This document shows positions 36,170 to 43,400 of a stretch of 43,400 nt of DNA, piece by piece. The stretch spans positions 123,092,897-123,136,296 of the forward strand of contig NC_068981.1 of the NCBI RefSeq assembly GCF_001194135.2. The letters run 5' to 3'. The translations under genes were made by a program, and so were the position numbers. Numbering within the stretch: position 1 is the first letter of the stretch; each line of letters begins with the position of its first letter. The DNA is from Octopus bimaculoides (lineage: Eukaryota). The notes beneath the pieces are model-generated. The model was not told where the DNA came from and did not search any database. It was given only the letters and a program-made list of their open reading frames with translations.

Positions 36170-37400
36170 ATGATCGACTTTGCCTTCCATCCTTTCGGGA
36201 TTTAAACATGTACCACTTGGGCATTGGAGTCCGTCTATTCGACTTGAACCTTCTACGAAAGTCTGACCTTGTGGCTATATTAAAAATGATTATTTCTATG
36301 TAAGGGATGAAAAGCGTAATTTGGTATGGAATAAACATCGACTTCGGCATTTGACCCGTATTTTTTTGGTCGCGTGCCAATGGATGAACTATGAGTTTGC
36401 CCTTGACGAGATTTTATCTGACATGCTAGAGACGCAACTAAATACTGCAACGATTCTGTTTATTCACCACTATATTTTATTCTAATACAGGCATAAATAC
36501 TACGAACTATATGAGAAGTGGATTGGTTGATTAAATCGACGCTATGAGTTGACTGGTATTTTATTTCATCGGTACAAAGTGATAAAAGACAAGGGTGAGC
36601 TGGGTAGTATTTGAATTTGAACTTACAACAAAAACAACTGGAGTATAATAATTGTTTCTGGCTTAAATAAAAGAAAGAAAAAAAGACTAGCAATTTTAAG
36701 AGGAGCGGTTAGCTGAAATCTTACATCAGTTTCGGTACTCAACAGGTTCATATTTTGTCCACCGCAAAAGGACGAATGACAAGGTCGACGTCGGCGAAAT
36801 GTGAGGTCAGAACATATATACGTACGAAATGCCGCTAAGCATTTTGTCCGGCGTACGAAGGATACTGCCAGCTCGCCTCCTCAAACAGTCGCCCTATAAT
36901 AATGATAATAATTTTTACTATAGGTACAAGGCCTTAGATTGGGCGGGGGATAGTCGATTAGATCGAACCCAGTGCCCGACTGGCACTTTCTTCATCGACC
37001 TCGAAAGGCAAAGTCAACCTCTGTGGGATTTGAAATCAGTGAGTACCGACGGACGATATGTCGGCGTGCTAACGATTCTCAGAGCTCGCCTTCTTAAACA
37101 GCCGCCATATAATAATGATAATGTTGATGATTTTACACGGCCACAGATTTTTAAGTGCGAGTATTTTATTAAATCGTCTCAATTTAACGACCGATACATT
37201 ATTTATCGACCCACCAAAATGATAAAAGTCGAATTCGTGGTTGTCGAGAATTGAACTCAGAAAGCAAAAACATTTACATCATAATGACGCTTCTTATGAT
37301 AATTTCGGTTTCACACATCGAAACAAGGTCACGAGTTATAGAGAGCATCAAGTGGAATGCCAGTCAAGTCGACTTAACTTTATGACTGGTATTTAAGCCC
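36170..37400. mobile_element. Cluster of at least 6 family A SINE copies or fragments
   Basis: Plus fragment 36172-36295 (gatcgactttgccttccatcctttcggg). Minus copies or fragments at ~36520-36640, 36700-36880, 36905-37092, 37185-37265 and 37350-37400, sharing the gtcgac/ctggta/gctcgcc motifs. Confidence 0.8.
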
Positions 37401-37694
37401 TATAAAATATTAGAGTAATAGATATACACTATTCCTACTACTAATACCGCCACTCGCAATGTTTCTATCATGTTCACTCCAACCGCTTCTGCAACTGATA
37501 CAACAACTGTTGTTTCTGTTGCAGCAACTTCTGCTACTGTTACCGCCACCAACGACACAGTCTGAAATTCTAGGCTGGATTGGTTAAATGCAATGTCGCG
37601 TCATACATGAAAGCCTTCCCTTGCTACCAACTCGCCATTATACTCACATGCAATTTATTTACTACCTGTCATCTAGCAAAAAAAGAAAATCAAA

Positions 37695-37779
37695 TAGGAA
37701 TAATAGCAGTAATAGTAGGAGTAGTAATATTCTTCTTCTTCTTCTTCTTCTTCTTCTTCTTCTTCTTCTTCTTCTTCTT

Positions 37780-37810
<31 letters not shown>

Positions 37811-37850
37811 GCAGCAGTAGTAGTAGCAGGAGGAGGAGAGGAGGAGGAAT
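37695..37850. repeat. Compound trinucleotide microsatellite with a long (TTC)n core
   Basis: (AAT/AGT)n-(TTC)n-(GCA/GTA)n-(GGA)n; source of the poly-Phe, poly-Leu and poly-Arg ORF artefacts. Confidence 0.95.
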
Positions 37851-38049
37851 TGCTGCACAACTATACACGCACAGATATGAGTTTAACTCTACACACACAC
37901 ACATATATATATATATACACACGTGTGTATGTGTGTATATATACACACTCACATTACACACACACACACATACACACATACACACAACACATACACACAA
38001 CACACACACATATATATACACGCACGCACATAAGGATGACGAGAAAGAA

Positions 38050-38053
38050 AGAT

Positions 38054-38128
<75 letters not shown>
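38050..38128. repeat. (GATA)n tetranucleotide microsatellite
   Basis: Visible tract; similar tracts at ~38990-39020 and 42845-42900. Confidence 0.95.
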
Positions 38129-38129
<1 letters not shown>

Positions 38130-38573
38130 TCACGCAGGTACACTCAACCTCACACTTTAACACACACACATAGATACTCATACATACATAGATGCTCATA
38201 AACAAACACACTTTAGTTATGAGAAACTGACAACGGATGTTCGTTGACAGAGCAAGGTTTCACAGTTGAGCGTAGCGGTAGACAAAAACAAAAATTATGG
38301 GAATAGGTGGATAAAAGAAGCGAGATAGAAACAGGTAGAAAAAGAGATAGAAGTAGCGGAAGAGAGGGGGGGGGGTAAAAGAGAAACGAATATAAAACCA
38401 TATATNNNNNNNNNNNNNNNNNNNNNNNNNNNNNNNNNNNNNNNNNNNNNNNNNNNNNNNNNNNNNNNNNNNNNNNNNNNNNNNNNNNNNNNNNNNNNNN
38501 NNNNNNNNNNNNNNNNNNNNNNNNNNNNNNNNNNNNNNNNNNNNNNNNNNNNNNNNNNNNNNNNNNNNNNNNN

Positions 38574-38613
<40 letters not shown>

Positions 38614-39792
38614 CTATGTATTATAATGGCAGAGTGACATAAAGAGACAGAGCAACATGTGACTCAATACGTATGCATAGAAATAAATGCAACAAACTTA
38701 AATGGGTGTGCGTATATGCGCGCGTGTGTAATAATATATATGTATAAATGTATGCATATATAATGTGTATGTGTATGTATATGTCTCTGAGTGTGAGTGC
38801 GTGTGTGTGTGTGTGTGTGATTTTGTGCGTGTATGTATATCTCGCTTTCTGTATTTCTCTATATACATATAGAAACAAACAGAACCACACACACAGAAAT
38901 ACACAGAGATTTTGATAGTCCCGGTATACAGTATACAGGAGCTAGTGGAAGGTAAATGAGTGACCGGAGAGAGATAGTTTGAAAGGTAGGTAGATAGATA
39001 GATAGATGGATAGATAGATAGGGAAAGGGAGAGATAGTGTAAGGAAGAAATTGCAGAAAGGTGGGATAATATTTAGCTTGTAATCCTTTTTACCTTCTTT
39101 GCATAAAAGGAAAATAAATAAACATCATTACCCTTATCTAAAGCTACTCTTGCACCCACCACTGTGGTAAAACCTCCAACTATTCCCGCTCCTGCCGACA
39201 AGAACTAAGGTATTATTTTATTCAAACTCGTCTGTATATAGTTACTCGACCCGCTAAAGACCCCAGCTAAATCTCACCTTAATTACACTCCACTTTCATA
39301 AAACAAGTAAGGGTTGGATAGTCGAGTCCCAAAACCACCCACAAAACATGGGATGGCCACTTTCAGAATACGCTTAATCATATGTGTATTGTATGTAGTC
39401 TTTCCTAGGGCTAAACGAATCAACCACACCACCTAAGTTAACTATTTGCTACCTGTATGTCTGTGTTTCTCTCTCTCTCTCTCTCTCATTCTCTCGCTCA
39501 GTCTATCTATCTATCGATCTATCTATCTCTCTCTCACACTCTTTCTCTCTATTGATCTTTAAATTCATCACTTTTCAGGTGTTGTGTATGTCTGTGAGTG
39601 CGTTTGCACGCGTGTGTGTATATATGCTTATGCATATTTAGATACCTGTGTATGTTTGTGTGAGTAGACGTACACAGCTTAAGCAAGTATTTATGTGTGC
39701 CTATGTATACGTACATACATATATGTGTGTATGTTAGTGTGTGTGTAGATATATAAGAACGTGTATATGCATACACACACACAAATACATGC

Positions 39793-39849
<57 letters not shown>

Positions 39850-41124
39850 TTTACTCTATTGAGTATCTTTATTTTAATCTCACCTGTTGACTATAGATAT
39901 CTATGTGTGTGTGTGTCTGTGTGTGCATATGTGTGTGGGTGGGTATGTGTATACACACGTACACAGTACTACGTTTTCTATATTGTGTTTTCTACATTGA
40001 GGATCTCTATATCTCACCTGTTGATTATATGTATAAACGCACACACATTCACACATACATGCACATACACGCACATGCACCCACACATACACACCCCATA
40101 AACGCACGCAAGACGGCAGAGACGAATAGAGAGAAGTTGAAAAGGAGAATATCTAAGTCGTAGATATATACATTTCTATACTTCGATGCTGATATTCTGC
40201 CAAACTTACTCCTTTAAATTTATCTATTCTTGTCTCTCTTTCTACCCGTCTCTCCTTTCAGTATTCTAAGTATAACTTTTTACGTTTGCGTACGATATTT
40301 ATCTTTTGTTTTCTTTAAAATTTCCTGTTTAAAATCTTTCTATTATTGCTTGTTTTTGTAATTCTTTTCTTCCGTAACTTCTGGGGGTTTTTTTTCGTTT
40401 TCCTTAATCCCTTCTTTAAATCTCTCTCCCTCTCATTATTTTCTTTCTTCATTTTCTTTTGTTTATTTAACACACAGTTCTACATATATCCCATCTATCT
40501 CAAATTTATAATACTCCCTTTTTAAAACAAATTTTAAATTTTAAAACACATTTGTGAACTCACTTTTATTTCTTCATTTCATTCTTTATTCTATAAATTT
40601 CATTTAGTCTCTTTCCTCCACCCAACTAATTACTCCAATATTACTGCCACTACCAATACCATTCCCTTTCTTTTCTTCCCACGCAAAGCAAACTGCAAGC
40701 AAATATGTAAATCTAAAATAATATTATTGATGTTCTGTTCCCTCTATTTACTACATACCAAAAATAAAATGTTTCTAAAAATTTATATGTAATTATCTAA
40801 CGGATGAAAAAAAAAATTATATTCGCTAATCTCTAATTACAATAGAAATCTAAGGTATAAATCTAACCATTATGTTCAGTTAGGCTTTGATTTTATATCT
40901 ATTTATCTGTTATACATATTTGCACTTTTTTAAAATTTTATATATACGTACAAGTTATAACATGAAAGAAAAGGATGTCATTTGAATATTTACAGACATG
41001 AAACTATATACTCATACAAACACAGACATATACCTGAGTTTATATATATCTGTATACACGTATATTGATATACATTCATAGATATTTTTGCATATATGAA
41101 TAGTTAGCCACTGTTAAAGATATA

Positions 41125-41290
41125 TCTTTTAGCTTTTACTTGCTTCTGTCGTTGGTCTAAGGTCATGCTGGGGCACCCTCTTCAAGGATTTTAGTCGAAG
41201 CAATTGACTACAGAACTTCTGTCTTTGTTTTTGTTTTTTTGTAAGCCTGGCACTTATTTTACCGACCTTTAGGCTGAACCGCTACGTTAA
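41125..41290 (+). mobile_element. Short interspersed repeat (family D)
   Basis: ttttacttgcttctgtc...catgctggggcacc...ttttagtcgaagcaattgac...taagcctggcacttatt...gctgaaccgctacgtt; a second copy lies at 42608-42770. Confidence 0.65.
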
Positions 41291-41398
41291 AACAACTCAA
41301 TACTTATTGTTAAGCGGTGGAGGAGGAAGGTTATGACAGCACAAATACACGCACACATAGAAATATATATAATATAATATAATATAATATCTATATAC

Positions 41399-41451
<53 letters not shown>

Positions 41452-41595
41452 NNNNNNNNNNNNNNNNNNNNNNNNNNNNNNNNNNNNNNNNNNNNNNNNN
41501 NNNNNNNNNNNNNNNNNNNNNNNNNNNNNNNNNNNNNNNNNNNNNNNNNNNNNNNNNNNNNNNNNNNNNNNNNNNNNNNNNNNNNNNNNNNNNNN

Positions 41596-41750
41596 CGACT
41601 CCATTTCGCAACTGGTATTTAATTTATCGTCCCCGAAAGGATGAAAGGCAAAGTTGACCTCGGCGGAATTTGAACTCAGAAAATAAAGACAGGTGAAATA
41701 CTGCTAAGCATTTCGCCCGGTGTGCTAACGTTTCTACCAGCTCGCTGCCT
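41596..41750 (-). mobile_element. tRNA-derived SINE (family A), 3' part lost in the gap
   Basis: Minus strand: aggcagcgagctggtagaaacgttagcacaccgggcgaaatgcttagcagtatttc...ctgagttcaaattccgccgaggtcaactttgcctttcatcctttcggg. A and B boxes are clear. Confidence 0.9.
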
Positions 41751-41799
41751 TCCTATATTTACATATCACATGATCGAAGAGACTATCGGATGTTATTTT

Positions 41800-42035
41800 A
41801 AATCTCTGGTTACATCGCGCTTTGCATCGTTTTAGCTTTCAAATGATACCAGCCCGCTTGCTAGGCGAGTTGCCCCCCCCCCCCCTAATCAGAAGGCTAG
41901 TCCAACACAGGGCAACGCATATACAGCTTAGTGAACAGGAGCAATGGGAAATGAAATATTTTGCTCAATAACACAACGCGCGACTCGGTCCGGAAATCGA
42001 ACTCACGATGTAGCGATCGTGAGTGCAACGCCCTG
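41800..42035 (-). mobile_element. tRNA-headed SINE with central conserved domain
   Basis: Minus strand: agggcgttgcactcacgatcgctacatcgtgagttcgatttccggacc (B box), then gttgtgttattgagcaaaatatttcatttcccattgctcctgttcactaagctg, shared with 9695-9925. Confidence 0.7.
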
Positions 42036-42080
<45 letters not shown>

Positions 42081-42607
42081 ACACATAAAAACACACACAT
42101 ACATGAGCACTAGTTTAAATTCTCTCGACTGAGAAGTTTTCAATTTAACTCCCTCTCACCTTGTCTATATATACGACACTAATAGCATTCACTAGCCTTT
42201 TTATACTTCTTAGTTCCATATAATTCGCACACACATACCCACACATACATACACACACACACACACACGATAACAAACACTTGCGCATATACTGCTATAC
42301 CTATAATCATTATGACCACCACACACTACCACAAGTAATAACACACATGTACTACTACATACATCTCTATGCAGTCATATATTTACACACATACACGCAC
42401 TCACTCACACACACACATCTGTAATCACAAATGCATACATTCTTTCGCGTTCAGCCCCAACGAATCTTTAGAAGTCGTCTTCTTCTTCAGCCGCGGGGCA
42501 ACCAATTACCTTGTTAGATGATTTAGTAAAAGGAGTCTGTGTGGCAGCCTGTCGTGTACAATGTATGTGTGTATACACACGTATTGTTACATTTGTTTAA
42601 TCGTTTA

Positions 42608-42770
42608 TCTTTTACTTATTTCAGTTATTAAGAATCGACCCCACTACCTGTTTTTTTGTTTGTTTTTTTGAAGCTTTGTACTTAATCTATCGGTTCTCTT
42701 TAGCCGAACCGCTAGATTCCGGGGACTGAAACACACACGAACAGCGGCTACCAAATACAGACACAGAGAC
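42608..42770 (+). mobile_element. Short interspersed repeat (family D), second copy
   Basis: ttttacttatttcagt...aatcgacccc...gtacttaatctatcggttctcttt(t)agccgaaccgctagattccgggga. Confidence 0.6.
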
Positions 42771-42842
42771 ACACGCGCACGTGTGCATACACACATACAC
42801 ACACATAGACGCATACATATGTATATATGTATGTATGTAGGT

Positions 42843-42899
<57 letters not shown>

Positions 42900-42900
<1 letters not shown>

Positions 42901-43043
42901 GCCGTCTACCAAATCTACTCAGAAGGCTTTGGACCCCTGGATATGATAGAAACTACTGGCCCTAGGTGTTACGCAGTGACATTGAATCCGGTACCATGTG
43001 GTTGTGAAGCAAACTTCTTTATCACACAGCCATGCCAGCGCCT
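42900..43043 (-). mobile_element. tRNA-derived SINE (family B)
   Basis: Minus strand: aggcgctggcatggctgtgtgataaagaagtttgcttcacaaccacatggtaccggattcaatgtcactgcgtaacacctagggcc...agccttctgagtagatttggtagacggc, followed by a (TCTA)n tail. Confidence 0.8.
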
Positions 43044-43059
43044 ATATATATATATATTA

Positions 43060-43150
43060 CTAGCAGAAATACCCGGCGTTGCCCGGGTTAAAGAGAATAA
43101 TGAAATCTAAAAACGCCGTCTAGACTACGCATCATCTTTATATATAGAGA
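43060..43150 (-). mobile_element. 91-bp mini-Helitron, or Helitron 3' terminus
   Basis: Minus strand A|TCTCTATATATAAAG...AACCCGGGCAACGCCGGGTATTTCTGCTAG|T: 5' TC, GC-rich subterminal hairpin ACCCGG/CCGGGT (43071-43088), 3' CTAG, sitting between A and T with no TSD. Confidence 0.85.
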
Positions 43151-43269
43151 TGTATATACACACACGCACCCAAACACACGTATATATATGTATATCAATA
43201 TAAATATATGACAGTCAATGAAGTTTCGTAAAAGAAGGTGATCATGTACATACTTTCTTGCTGTTGTGA

Positions 43270-43400
43270 TTATAACACCTCATTGTAAACTATGCTCCTT
43301 GTTTTCCCTTGTGGAGCATATACAAATAGGTTTTTTGTTGCTGCCCATTCTTGAGCAGCCAACATACAGTTGTCCATGTGAGAAGCAGGGCTCTTCCAAG
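43270..43400 (-). pseudogene. Helitron RepHel (PIF1-like helicase) C-terminus, continuing past the window end
   Basis: LEEPCFSHGQLYVGCSRMGSNK / NLFVYAPQGKTRSIVYNEVL* matches the Helitron helicase terminal motif (FSHGQLYVA.SR ... GKT.NIVY.EVL). A +1 frameshift lies in the A6 run (43331-43336); stop at 43270-43272. Confidence 0.88.

Larger units (their letters stand above)
401..41595. other. Assembly gaps (N runs): 401-1073, 3186-3306, 8589-8618, 9962-9971, 11439-12224, 12862-13089, 21380-22061, 38406-38573, 41452-41595
   Basis: N runs. Every gap abuts a dinucleotide microsatellite on at least one side, as expected for short-read scaffolding breaks. Confidence 0.99.

Noticed and set aside
37580-38211. 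ORFs with poly-F, poly-L, poly-R and YLSI repeats
   Set aside because: Translations of (TTC)n and (GATA)n microsatellites.
39143-39208. Pro/Thr-rich short frame TLAPTTVVKPPTIPAPADKN* with possible splice sites
   Set aside because: Too short, with a weak acceptor and two alternative open frames; unsupported.
41690-41750. tRNA-like A/B boxes here and in the other SINE heads
   Set aside because: They continue into SINE bodies and do not form a complete cloverleaf, so they are not tRNA genes.

Overview
AT-rich animal genomic DNA, dense in microsatellites, with nine N-gaps. The SINE and repeat families look like those I recall from octopus (coleoid cephalopod) genomes; this is an inference, not a database result. 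No intact host protein-coding gene is recognisable, and nearly all ORFs in the supplied track are microsatellite or gap artefacts. The window is mostly decayed mobile DNA: three or four R4/Dong-clade non-LTR retrotransposon fragments (restriction-like endonuclease type) around a TAA microsatellite, four mariner remnants plus a mariner MITE, a Tc1 remnant, Helitron pieces (including a RepHel helicase C-terminus and a 91-bp mini-Helitron), two probable solo LTRs, faint CR1-like and Gypsy-like pol remnants, and many tRNA-derived SINEs. The best unexplained signal is a type I hammerhead ribozyme at 9320-9448 (+). Its catalytic core is intact, it has the loop-less palindromic stem III typical of dimer-forming Penelope-type hammerheads, and it carries an unusually long (86 nt) structured loop II. 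A few phase-compatible candidate exons hint at a possible + strand host transcript but cannot be confirmed from sequence alone.
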